From Gemmatimonadota bacterium (lineage in GTDB: Bacteria; Gemmatimonadota; Gemmatimonadetes; Gemmatimonadales; GWC2-71-9): DNA of 64,000 nucleotides. The stretch lies in contig JBDHAB010000007.1 in assembly GCA_039588295.1 (NCBI GenBank), positions 1-64,000 on the forward strand, given 5' to 3'. The notes beneath the pieces are model-generated. The model had not been told where the DNA came from. It was given only the letters and a program-made list of their open reading frames with translations, and ran no database searches. Both the position numbers and the translations under genes were made by a program. This document shows, piece by piece, positions 7,762-16,614 of the stretch. Every line of letters starts with the position of its first letter. Positions within the stretch are counted from its first letter, which is position 1.

Positions 7762-8301
7762 ATGACCCGTATGGCACTGTCGGTTGCCGGAATCGTCGTC
7801 GGCGTCCTCCTCAGCGCGACGTCAGCAGTGGCGCATGACAGAGGCGTACTGAGGCTTTCGACACGGGAGCTCGTGGTCGGCAACGCCGTCCGCGTGAATG
7901 GAGAGAAATTCTCACCGAGTGCGAACCTCGAGCTCGTCGTCGTTGGCACTCGCGGTCGGATCGCGGTGGGCAAGGTGACCACGGACTCCGCGGGTCGGTT
8001 CCAGACGGACCTGGACGTTCCCCAACACGTAGCGCCAGGTACCTATCGCCTGATCGCGGTCGCGGATGATGGAGATGAGGTCGCCACCGTTGACGTGACG
8101 GTGACGGTGTGGGAGTCCGATGCGATCCTCAGCGCGCCCGCGGACGGCCCGCCAACTCCCAGCGCCGAGCCGCCACAGCTCGAGCGGGCAGAGAGCCCCT
8201 GGGTGACCGGTGGCGCACTCGTGAGTGTTGTGGGCGCGCTGCTGCTCGGTCTGATCGCGTTGCGTCGACCGACGCGCCACGACCGCACCGTAGACGCTTA
8301 A
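7762..8301 (+). CDS. Exported Ig-like protein with C-terminal membrane anchor
   Basis: Signal peptide ending AVA-H (mature N-terminal His), beta-rich domain, Pro-rich linker, TM helix with basic tail. Confidence 0.7.
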   Translation: MTRMALSVAGIVVGVLLSATSAVAHDRGVLRLSTRELVVGNAVRVNGEKFSPSANLELVVVGTRGRIAVGKVTTDSAGRFQTDLDVPQHVAPGTYRLIAVADDGDEVATVDVTVTVWESDAILSAPADGPPTPSAEPPQLERAESPWVTGGALVSVVGALLLGLIALRRPTRHDRTVDA

Positions 8302-8319
8302 CAAGACCAAGGAGGACCA

Positions 8320-8787
8320 GTGCCGTTCAGATTCCTGTCAGCCGTGACGCTCTTCTTACCTGCGAGTTCGAATACTGCCGTGGCTCGAGCTCAGACCGAC
8401 GACGTGGAGACTGTTCGTGGGGTGGTCGAAGCGGTGGCGGCTTCGGCACAAGCCAAAGACCTGACCGGCCTGGACACCCTGTACGCCCCGGACCCTTGGG
8501 TCCGTATCATCGAGGGTGCTGGGGTGAACAACGGGTGGCGTGACTATCGAGATCACCACCTCGCGCCCGAATTGGCGGCGTTTGAGAACCTCCACTACCG
8601 GTTCTTCGACGTCGCGCCGCAGGTTCGAGGGATGGTTGCTTGGGCACCGTTTCGGTATGACCTGGCCGCTGACACTCCGACGGGACACGTCGAGGTCGAG
8701 GGTCGCGGCACGGCAGTGCTCGAGCGGCGGAATGGCCGCTGGCTTGTGGTCCACCTCCACACGTCCGGACGACGGAGTGGCCAGTGA
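8320..8787 (+). CDS. NTF2/SnoaL-like exported protein
   Basis: DLTGLDTLYA, YRDHHLAPEL, GTAVLERRNGRWLVVHLHTS. Confidence 0.8.
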   Translation: MPFRFLSAVTLFLPASSNTAVARAQTDDVETVRGVVEAVAASAQAKDLTGLDTLYAPDPWVRIIEGAGVNNGWRDYRDHHLAPELAAFENLHYRFFDVAPQVRGMVAWAPFRYDLAADTPTGHVEVEGRGTAVLERRNGRWLVVHLHTSGRRSGQ

Positions 8788-8887
8788 ACGCGATCCAATC
8801 ACGATCCATGCTGCGAAGTACGCGGCGAAAGCGGTCGGGTGTGCACCGTAGAGAAGCGGTGCCTCGAGCATTTCTTGGGAGGTCAAC

Positions 8888-11356
8888 ATGAGCGTCCTGC
8901 ATCGGCACCACGAGCACGGTGATCACTCGCCACCGGTTGAGGACGCCAGTGTGACGACCGATCCGGTATGCGGCATGACAGTTCCTCCCGATACGGAGCT
9001 TTGCCATGAGCATGCGGGCACTACGTACCTGTTTTGCAGTGCGCACTGCCTCGAGCGGTTCCTGGCAGACCCCGCGTCGTTCGTCGGCGATCGGGTCGGA
9101 GCGCCAACACCACCGGCCACTCCCGGCACGGTGTACACCTGCCCGATGGATCCTGAGGTGCGAGAGGACGCTCCGGGGAGCTGCCCGAAATGCGGCATGG
9201 CGCTGGAGCGCGAGATGAGCACGGCCGGTCTCACTCGCACGGAATTCGTCTGCCCGCTGCATCCCGAGATTGTCCGAGAGGAGGCAGGGTCCTGCCCGAT
9301 CTGCGGGATGGCGCTCGAGCCCAGGACTGTCACGGCGGAGGACGAAGAGAATCCGGAGCTCGTGGACATGCGCCGGCGGTTTTGGGTGAGTGCGGCGCTC
9401 ACGCTTCCGGTGCTCGCCATCGCGATGGGCCACTACCTCCCTGGAGGAAATCCACTGCTCCGTGTTGCATCGCCGCAGGGGCTGTCGTGGTTGGAGTTGC
9501 TGCTCGCGTCGCCGATCGTGCTCTGGGGTGGATGGCCGTTCTTCGTACGCGGATGGCGATCGGTGGTCACCCGGAACCTGAACATGTTCACCTTGATCGG
9601 ACTCGGAGTCGGCGTCGCCTATGTGTACAGTCTCGTGGCGAAGTTCTTCCCCGAGATCTTCCCAGGGTCGTTCAGGAATGAAGAGGGCCAGGTCGGGGTC
9701 TACTTCGAGGCCGCTGCGGTGATCGTGACACTCGTGCTGCTCGGTCAGGTGCTCGAGCTCAAGGCGCGCAGTCGCACCAGCGCGGCGATCAAGGGTCTCC
9801 TCGGCTTGACGCCGAAGACGGCCAGGCGCATCGCGCAAAACGGAACGGAAGAGGATGTCCCGCTCGACGCGGTGCAGCCAGGCGACCACTTGCGCGTTCG
9901 TCCGGGTGAGAAGGTCCCGGTGGATGGGGTCGTGCTCGAGGGGGTGAGTTCCGTTGACGAGGCGATGATCACGGGTGAGCCGATTCCGGTGGAGAAGACG
10001 GCCGGCGATCGGCTTATCGGTGCCACCGTCAACGGGACAGGCTCGCTAGTGATGCGTGCCGAGAGGGTCGGAGCGGAGACGCTCTTGTCGCAGATTGTCC
10101 GCATGGTCGCGGAGGCCCAGCGGAGCCGCGCGCCCATCCAGAAGCTCGCCGATGTCGTCGCCTCGTATTTCGTCCCCGCGGTCGTCGTCATCGCAGTTGC
10201 TACCTTCGTGATCTGGGCAGTGTTTGGTCCGGAGCCCGCGATGGCGTATGCACTGATCAATGCAGTGGCAGTGCTGATCATTGCCTGCCCCTGCGCGTTG
10301 GGGCTGGCGACTCCAATGTCGATCATGGTTGCGAGCGGCAAGGGCGCCACTATGGGGGTGCTGTTCAAGAATGCCGAGGCCATCGAGATCCTGCGCAAGG
10401 TGGACACGCTGGTGGTCGACAAGACAGGCACGATCACCTTGGGAAAACCAAAGCTCGTCGAGATCGTACCTGCTCCTGGGTGGAGCGACGTGGAGGTCCT
10501 CGCCTTCGCTGCGAGCCTCGAGCGTGGTAGTGAGCATCCCCTCGCGGCTGCCATTGTCGAGGGAGCGGAGGACCGCAACGTGCCAACGGCGAAGGCCGAG
10601 TCGTTCGACTCAGTGACGGGAAAAGGAGTGGTGGGGACGGTGACCGGCCGAGCTGTCGCGCTCGGCAACAGCAAGCTCATGCAAGAAGTTGGTGTTGCCG
10701 TTGAGACCATGACGGCCGAGGCCGAGCGCCAACGAGCGGACGGGCAGACGGTGATGTTCGTGGCCGTGGATGGGGGACTCGTCGGCCTGGTGGGAGTCGC
10801 GGACCCGGTGAAGGAAACGACACCACAGGCGATCGAGCATCTACGGGCGGCAGGAGTTCGCATCACGATGCTTACCGGTGACAGTCGTACCACGGCCCAA
10901 GCCGTGGCGCGCAAGCTCGGGATCGACGAAGTGATTGCTGAGGTTTTGCCTGACCAGAAAGCCGATGTCATCAAGGGTTTGCAACAGCAGGGGCGCGTGG
11001 TGGCGATGGCCGGCGACGGGATCAACGATGCGCCGGCCCTCGCACAAGCAGAAGTTGGGATTGCCATGGGGACGGGCACAGACGTCGCGATGGAGAGTGC
11101 CGGTATCACGCTGGTCCGGGGGGATCTGCGGGGCATCGTGCGGGCGCGTCGCTTGAGCCGAGCGACGATGCGGAATATTCGGCAGAATCTGTTCTTCGCG
11201 TTCGTGTACAACAGCTTGGGTGTGCCTATCGCGGCGGGGATTCTCTACCCGTTCTTTGGAATCTTGTTGAGTCCCATCATCGCGGCGGCCGCCATGAGTT
11301 TTAGTTCGGTGTCCGTGGTTGGCAACGCGCTTCGCCTCCGGCGGGCGCGAGTCTAG
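8888..11356 (+). CDS. copA: Cu(I)/Ag(I)-translocating P1B-type ATPase with YHS and heavy-metal-binding domains
   Basis: DPVCGM/FCS (YHS), YTCPM...CPKCGM repeats, TGE, CPC, DKTGT, HP, GDGIND, YN and MxxSS motifs. Confidence 0.95.
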   Translation: MSVLHRHHEHGDHSPPVEDASVTTDPVCGMTVPPDTELCHEHAGTTYLFCSAHCLERFLADPASFVGDRVGAPTPPATPGTVYTCPMDPEVREDAPGSCPKCGMALEREMSTAGLTRTEFVCPLHPEIVREEAGSCPICGMALEPRTVTAEDEENPELVDMRRRFWVSAALTLPVLAIAMGHYLPGGNPLLRVASPQGLSWLELLLASPIVLWGGWPFFVRGWRSVVTRNLNMFTLIGLGVGVAYVYSLVAKFFPEIFPGSFRNEEGQVGVYFEAAAVIVTLVLLGQVLELKARSRTSAAIKGLLGLTPKTARRIAQNGTEEDVPLDAVQPGDHLRVRPGEKVPVDGVVLEGVSSVDEAMITGEPIPVEKTAGDRLIGATVNGTGSLVMRAERVGAETLLSQIVRMVAEAQRSRAPIQKLADVVASYFVPAVVVIAVATFVIWAVFGPEPAMAYALINAVAVLIIACPCALGLATPMSIMVASGKGATMGVLFKNAEAIEILRKVDTLVVDKTGTITLGKPKLVEIVPAPGWSDVEVLAFAASLERGSEHPLAAAIVEGAEDRNVPTAKAESFDSVTGKGVVGTVTGRAVALGNSKLMQEVGVAVETMTAEAERQRADGQTVMFVAVDGGLVGLVGVADPVKETTPQAIEHLRAAGVRITMLTGDSRTTAQAVARKLGIDEVIAEVLPDQKADVIKGLQQQGRVVAMAGDGINDAPALAQAEVGIAMGTGTDVAMESAGITLVRGDLRGIVRARRLSRATMRNIRQNLFFAFVYNSLGVPIAAGILYPFFGILLSPIIAAAAMSFSSVSVVGNALRLRRARV

Positions 11357-11375
11357 TCCGAAGCTGGGAGGTTCG

Positions 11376-11843
11376 ATGCGAATCAAGCCGTGGATGAAAC
11401 CCGTGATCGGTGCCGCAGCCATCGTTCTCGCGATCGCGGCAGGCTCGTGGCTCAAAGCGCGCGATGCCTTGGCCGCAGACGTGACGGTCTATACCACTCC
11501 CACTTGCGGCTGCTGCACCAAGTGGGCCGAATATGTCCGCGCGAACGGATTCTCGGTGAAGACGGTGTTCAGGGACAATCTGACGCCGATCAAGCGGAAG
11601 TACGACGTGAGCCCGATGCTCGAGACCTGTCACACGGCGATCGTGGACGGGTACGTCGTGGAGGGGCACGTGCCGATTGACGTGATCAGGAAACTGCTCG
11701 AGGAGCGGCCGGACGCCAAGGGCATTGCGGTGCCGGGGATGCCAGTCGGCTCACCTGGAATGGAGCAAGGCACCGTGCGCGATCGCTATAACGTCGTCCT
11801 ATTCGATGGAATGGGAGGTATGACTGTTTACGCACGTCGGTGA
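11376..11843 (+). CDS. DUF411 (CopG-like) periplasmic metal-binding protein
   Basis: CGCC..W, CHT, EGHVP, AVPGMPVGSPGME. Confidence 0.9.
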   Translation: MRIKPWMKPVIGAAAIVLAIAAGSWLKARDALAADVTVYTTPTCGCCTKWAEYVRANGFSVKTVFRDNLTPIKRKYDVSPMLETCHTAIVDGYVVEGHVPIDVIRKLLEERPDAKGIAVPGMPVGSPGMEQGTVRDRYNVVLFDGMGGMTVYARR

Positions 11844-11874
11844 CGGCAGCTTCGGTCAATGGCAGCTCATACAC

Positions 11875-11907
11875 TTGCGGGTGCGCCGCCCCGGGGCGCA
11901 CCCGCAA
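11875..11907. terminator. Hairpin between convergent operons
   Basis: Perfect 13-bp inverted repeat ttgcgggtgcgcc / ggcgcacccgcaa, 7-nt loop. Confidence 0.7.
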
Positions 11908-11946
11908 TGTTGTGTGGCACTGCGCCTGGTGCGGGCCGTGCCGGGC

Positions 11947-12420
11947 TTATTGCACCACCCAATTCGACAAGACTCTCAGCGTGCGGTTCCCCCAAGCAGG
12001 ATCGTTCGTGGCCAGCTGGACGCGAAAGTCGTGCGGACCGTCCATGGCGGTCGTCATCATAAAGCGCATGGAGAGCGTGGTTTGCTGGCCAGGTTCCAAG
12101 ACCATCGACCCGATGGTCGGGATGGGCGGTCAGCACCCCGCGACCGCTTTCACCCAAGGAGCGTCGAGAAAGCGAAGTGCACCGTCTCCGGCATTCCTCA
12201 GGGTGAACGACGCCGTGACCCACTGCGCCACCGGGACGTCCCCTAGGTCAATCAAATCTCGGTCCACCTCGAGTTGCGGAGTGCCGCGCTCAGTGCTCGA
12301 AGTGTGGGTCTTCGTGCCTTCGGCGCAGGCGAGCACCGTCGCAGACATTGACGCGAGTGCGGCAGCCACCCACCACCGCCACCGCGTGCGGAACCGGAAT
12401 GACCAACCCGTATCCGTCAC
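11947..12420 (-). CDS. DUF1573-like Ig-fold lipoprotein, predicted selenoprotein (Cys-Sec)
   Basis: GTG start overlaps the upstream TGA. Lipobox VLAC, IDLGDV...FTLRNAGD..L, then AGC-TGA(12132-12130)-PPIPTIGSMVLEPGQQTTLSMRFMMTTAMDGPHDFRVQLATNDP...WVVQ-TAA. LEPGQ and TNDP complete the fold. Confidence 0.85.
12100..12118 (-). promoter_or_regulatory. Putative bacterial SECIS element
   Basis: mRNA GACCAUCG-GGU-CGAUGGUC, a perfect 8-bp stem starting exactly 11 nt after the UGA, with GU in the apical loop. Confidence 0.75.
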
Positions 12421-13451
12421 CGCGGTATACCCTCGATGTCGAAGTCGAACTGAAAGGTCCATAGGAAATCCACCAAGGCCCATGTCTCTTGGTCGGTGAA
12501 GATCGATCCCCAATATGGCATTCCTGTTCCCATGCCACCTCGCAGGATCTTGCCCTGCAGGAGGGCGGGGCGAGCCCCCAGCATGCGCCGAGGGTCCGTG
12601 AAGTCGGCCGGCTGCTCGAGATGGCTCCCAAACTCGAGTTCGGCTCGGTCGTAGCGTGTCGAGACGGTGCCGGATGCCAAGTGGCGAGCCATGACGCCGT
12701 CGCCAGCCCCCGACTCGCCGTGGCAGGCGGCGCAGTTGCGCGAGTAGAGCGCGCGTCCCGTTGCCAGCGCGTCACTCGTGGTGCCGCGTTGCCAGATGAC
12801 TGCGACGAGATCCCACAGATCGATCTCCGACAGGTGTCGGACCGCTGGGTCCTGCTCGAGTACCGTCAAGATGTCGAGCGGGCTCATTCGTCTGAGGGAA
12901 TCACCGTTCGAGTACCGGTCGGCGATCCCGACTCCGAGGGCTGCTCCTCGTGCAGCGGATGGCTTGCGGGCCAAACGGACCGTGGCGTCGGGCCGATTGT
13001 CGAGGTCGAGGCCGAGCTGCAGATACAGAGGCGGAGTTGGTGAAGGAGGAGTGAAGCCGGAATCGACTACGGTGATCGTGCCCCGCATCCGCCAGTGGTC
13101 CGGCCCGCACCAGCGCGTACAATAGAACGTGTAGGTGCCTGCCTCCTCAAAAACGAGGGTCACGTCGGTAACTTCGCCGGGCTTGACGTCTCGGGATGGT
13201 TCATCGAGACGTCCAACCGCAAAGCCGTGCACGACGTCGCGTGAGGTGAGACGGAGTTGCAGAGGCTCGCCAACACGGACGGCCACGTCGGCGGGCTCCC
13301 ATCCCCCTACCTCCGGCATGGACGCGTGGATCTCGGTTCGACTGCTGCTGCGAAACCAACGGGTGGCCACGAAGGTCAATGGAACCCCCAGGCCCAGTAC
13401 AACCACGGTGCCGCGCGCCGTCCACTCGGCGACTACCCGACGAGCAGCCAC
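12417..13451 (-). CDS. Membrane-anchored CuA-cupredoxin + c-type cytochrome fusion (start uncertain)
   Basis: N-terminal TM. DVVHGF...CTRWCGPDHWRM (H...CxxxCxxxHxxM). CAACHG with distal GMPYW. Confidence 0.85.
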   Translation of the reverse strand: MAARRVVAEWTARGTVVVLGLGVPLTFVATRWFRSSSRTEIHASMPEVGGWEPADVAVRVGEPLQLRLTSRDVVHGFAVGRLDEPSRDVKPGEVTDVTLVFEEAGTYTFYCTRWCGPDHWRMRGTITVVDSGFTPPSPTPPLYLQLGLDLDNRPDATVRLARKPSAARGAALGVGIADRYSNGDSLRRMSPLDILTVLEQDPAVRHLSEIDLWDLVAVIWQRGTTSDALATGRALYSRNCAACHGESGAGDGVMARHLASGTVSTRYDRAELEFGSHLEQPADFTDPRRMLGARPALLQGKILRGGMGTGMPYWGSIFTDQETWALVDFLWTFQFDFDIEGIPR

Positions 13452-14794
13452 AACAAGAGCCCCGTGACGACAAGGTGGAAAGCTGCTATGGGTGCGGTCC
13501 GTATGCCTGAGCGATAGGCACGATCTTCGGCGGCGAGGCGCCGGGTTGCGGCAGTCGCCCACCCGAGGCCCACCACCAGCACCCCCGCCTGGACGACGGG
13601 CGCCCAGGGCATGAAATACGGCGTCCAGCGAACGTCAACGGTCCCGAACAGGTCCCAGCCCCAGCCCATCGGGTCGGATAGGACCGGCCACAGGTAGGAA
13701 ATGTTCGCGAATGCGAAGGAGAGGCTGAACGCGATCCAGGCAGCGAGGCCCAGGGGTGTGAGGCCCGGCGCAAAGTGGTTCACTGTGTGCCGGATGGCGT
13801 GCCTCGAGCCCGATAGGACGTTGCCGGTCCAGACCGCAGCGACGAAGAGGCTGGGAATCAGCCCGAGGACCGCGAGCACGAATGCGAGCGCGTACCCCCA
13901 CCAGGCGGCCGAGCCGATGGAATAGGCAGCGCTCTTGAGCCAGCCCCAGGGGCCCAGAAAAACGGCTGAGTAGAGCAGGGCACTACCCAACATGATGAGC
14001 GCTTTGAAGGTCTCATCGAGCGTGCGCCTGCGGTGATCGAACAGGTCCACGCCCGGTGGTCGGACGCTGATGACGACGTTATCGAGCGGGCAAGTGCGAA
14101 GACATTCCATGCACAAGCCGCAATAGGTGTTCGTAGTCATGCTGGCCGGGAAGATGTTCCAAGGACACCCATAGCCCTCGGCGCTTCCCCGATAGCAGGA
14201 CTTCTCGGTGTGCGTGGTGCAGATCTCCGTGCTTCGGACCCGCAGCTCGACCGGCGAGATCTCAGAGTACAACCCGATGAAGCCGCCGACGGGACACACG
14301 TGGCGACAAAAGGCGCGCCGCTCGAAGACCAGACTCGTGCCGATCGCCAGCAACAGAATCGCTGCCAGCACAAGTGCTGTCACACGAGGTTGGGTGAGGA
14401 TCACAGCGCTGAAGAGCGCCATCAGCAGGAACGCACCGTTCTGCAGCCAGATGTTCCTGAGCGCCCGTGGCCAGCGTCGTTGGGGACGCTCCTGCCATCC
14501 GGGGCCCGGCCCCAGCACGGCACGGGTCTGGAGCCATTCGCCGGGCATGGGAATGGGGCAGATGCTGCACCAGCCCCGGCCAAGCAGCGGGACGGCCACG
14601 AGCATCAAGAGTGCCCACCAGGCGATCCACACGAAGATGATGCTGAAATTTCTGTTGCCGACGGGGGTCCCGAGTAGGCCCGAGAGAATCACGAACACGA
14701 ACCCGCCCAACGCCGCAGCGCGAGCCAATAGTTGCGGCCAACGACTCCGAAGCAGCCGCGTGACGAACCGTGAACGCGTGAGTTGCCAGCTCAC
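13433..14794 (-). CDS. Polytopic 4Fe-4S binding membrane protein (NapH/MauN/NosR-C-like)
   Basis: GRGWCSICP, FCRHVCPVG, GCPW, CGLCMECLRTCP, many TM helices. GTGA overlap with the upstream gene. Confidence 0.88.
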   Translation of the reverse strand: MSWQLTRSRFVTRLLRSRWPQLLARAAALGGFVFVILSGLLGTPVGNRNFSIIFVWIAWWALLMLVAVPLLGRGWCSICPIPMPGEWLQTRAVLGPGPGWQERPQRRWPRALRNIWLQNGAFLLMALFSAVILTQPRVTALVLAAILLLAIGTSLVFERRAFCRHVCPVGGFIGLYSEISPVELRVRSTEICTTHTEKSCYRGSAEGYGCPWNIFPASMTTNTYCGLCMECLRTCPLDNVVISVRPPGVDLFDHRRRTLDETFKALIMLGSALLYSAVFLGPWGWLKSAAYSIGSAAWWGYALAFVLAVLGLIPSLFVAAVWTGNVLSGSRHAIRHTVNHFAPGLTPLGLAAWIAFSLSFAFANISYLWPVLSDPMGWGWDLFGTVDVRWTPYFMPWAPVVQAGVLVVGLGWATAATRRLAAEDRAYRSGIRTAPIAAFHLVVTGLLLWLLVG

Positions 14795-15285
14795 CGTCGG
14801 CTCTCTGCGAAACCGACGGCGATCGCCAGCAGCGCCAGTGCGGACGCACGCCAGAGCAGCGTGTTTGAGCCGACATGCAGCCTGCCGATCATGAAGGGGT
14901 GGAGCGCTCCACAAGTGACCGAGCACCGAAACCGAAAGGTGCCGGCTCGGTCCGCGACGAACGTGAGCGTTTCGGTCTTGCCTGGCTCGGCTGTCACATC
15001 GATGCCGTACCCGTCGAGGTACAGGCCGTGCACCATGTCGGTGGCGATCAAATCGAGGGTTACACGGTCACCGCGATTGACTCTGATGACCGCCGGTGTG
15101 AAGGCAAAACTCGCCGCCTCGACGCTGACCTGCCGCTCGACGGGCTTCCGGAGCTGTGGGGGGACCGGTGCAGCGATGATGACGAGCGCAGCGAGGGCCC
15201 CAAGAACGTGTGTCCGATGCGTAGAAGCCGCACGGCGGAGCCACGTCGGCAGCGCTGCTGCCCGATCGTCACGCACCGGGGTCAT
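14791..15285 (-). CDS. Cupredoxin-domain protein with CuA motif and flanking hydrophobic helices
   Basis: FTPAVIRVNRGDRVTL, DMVHGL, FRCSVTCGALHPFM. Confidence 0.88.
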   Translation of the reverse strand: MTPVRDDRAAALPTWLRRAASTHRTHVLGALAALVIIAAPVPPQLRKPVERQVSVEAASFAFTPAVIRVNRGDRVTLDLIATDMVHGLYLDGYGIDVTAEPGKTETLTFVADRAGTFRFRCSVTCGALHPFMIGRLHVGSNTLLWRASALALLAIAVGFAESRR

Positions 15286-15294
15286 GCCACAGGC

Positions 15295-15761
15295 TCAGGG
15301 GGGCGCGACCGCCCCGGTCGGTGGGCCGTACCGCGAGTATCTGCTGTGGACGAACGACTGGATTTCGCTCAGTTGCGCTTGCTGCCGCATGAGCCGCATG
15401 ACGTCCTGTGCTATGTCGACGCAGATGGAACAACCCAGCGCGTGGCTGTCGAATTCGAGCGCCCCCTCTTCGGTGGGGGAGGCGAAGCAGCTCAAGTTTG
15501 AGGTGTGTCCCATCGTCCCGCACCCGCAGTAGCAAGGGATCTCCTGGAGGATCTCCGGGTTCGCCACGGCGAAGAGATACGCGTCGCGGACCGCAAGTGC
15601 CGCCGATTGAATCTCCACAGGTAGATGATCGGGGTCCGCCATCGCAATCGGCTCGTGCCGGTCCCCGTCGCCGCCAGCGCACGCCGTCACAAACGCGGCC
15701 AGGATCCGAAGAGGAGCGGAGCAGCTGACAATCGGTGATGACGTCGGTCCGCTATCCGCAT
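15295..15761 (-). CDS. PCYCGC-motif lipoprotein with an apparent 1-nt frameshift in the signal peptide
   Basis: IPCYCGC...HTSNLSCF...H..GCSIC. GGAGG-ATG at 15761 gives MRIADRRHHRLSAAPLLFG, joining ILAAFVTAC (lipobox) only if one base is added near 15706. Confidence 0.8.
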
Positions 15762-15976
15762 ATCGGCCTCCGAATGATGTTGAGACGTTGAGCACCCAAC
15801 GGTGACATGATGCACCCCGCACACAGGCTGCGCCGTCGGGGTGGTTCACGGGATCCACGTCACGGACGGTGCTGTTTCAGCGGCGGAAATGGGCGGGGGC
15901 CCGTCACTGGCTGGGGAGGAACCACCTGCCAAGTGTCTCGACCAGGACGAGGCCCACCACCCGCACTCCCGCTACC

Positions 15977-16603
15977 TCACTTTGAGCCGCCGTTGAATGT
16001 GTTGATGTACGCGAGGATGGCCTCGACTTCCTCGGAGGTCAGTCCAAAGTTGGGCATCATCGACGTTGAGCTATCGAACGTTGGATCGGCCATCTTGCGA
16101 CGCAAATAGGTCGGTCCCCTGCGTCCAACCACGCCGTTCAGTGAGGGGCCCACCTGTCCACCGGCGGATCCAACCACGTGACATCCGAGGCATGCCTTCT
16201 GATCGACTAAGTCCTTGCCGCGGGCTATCACCTCCGGATTGGTCGAGGCGGCGCCCTCAGGAACGGTCGATGGTACCCGCGCCTTCCGTTCTCCGGTCGG
16301 TAGCGGTACTGCTTGACCCGGATCGGTGTTCGTCGCCTGCAGAAAGGCAAGCACACTTCGGACTTGGCCACCGGTCATATTACCCCGAGTCCGCATGTGG
16401 TTCAGAATCGTGACCCAATCACGATCGGTGCGCTCCAGCGGTGATCGCGGATTGTGACAACGACCGCAGAGATCTCCGTAGGCGCGCGCACCGGCTGCGA
16501 CGGTCCCATCTTGGACTTGCGTCTGGGCAGAAGCCGGCACTGTGGCTGCCGTCGCGAAGGCGAGTGCGACAGCCCACAGCCATGCCTTGCTTGAGTTTGC
16601 CAT
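15977..16603 (-). CDS. Periplasmic dihaem c-type cytochrome
   Basis: Signal peptide (ASA-Q). CGRCH...HM and CLGCH...GPSL...MMP. Confidence 0.88.
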   Translation of the reverse strand: MANSSKAWLWAVALAFATAATVPASAQTQVQDGTVAAGARAYGDLCGRCHNPRSPLERTDRDWVTILNHMRTRGNMTGGQVRSVLAFLQATNTDPGQAVPLPTGERKARVPSTVPEGAASTNPEVIARGKDLVDQKACLGCHVVGSAGGQVGPSLNGVVGRRGPTYLRRKMADPTFDSSTSMMPNFGLTSEEVEAILAYINTFNGGSK

Positions 16604-16614
16604 CGTCTCCCCTC

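Noticed and set aside
8507..11211. Long minus-strand ORFs (460 aa and 488 aa) opposite copA, and similar ones opposite DUF5916, the GDHs and the REC/ATP-grasp gene
   Set aside because: Antisense shadows typical of GC-rich coding DNA. No motifs, and they overlap well-supported genes.
11840..12499. 219-aa Cys-rich plus-strand ORF following DUF411
   Set aside because: It runs through the terminator hairpin and is antisense to the better-supported Sec-containing gene.
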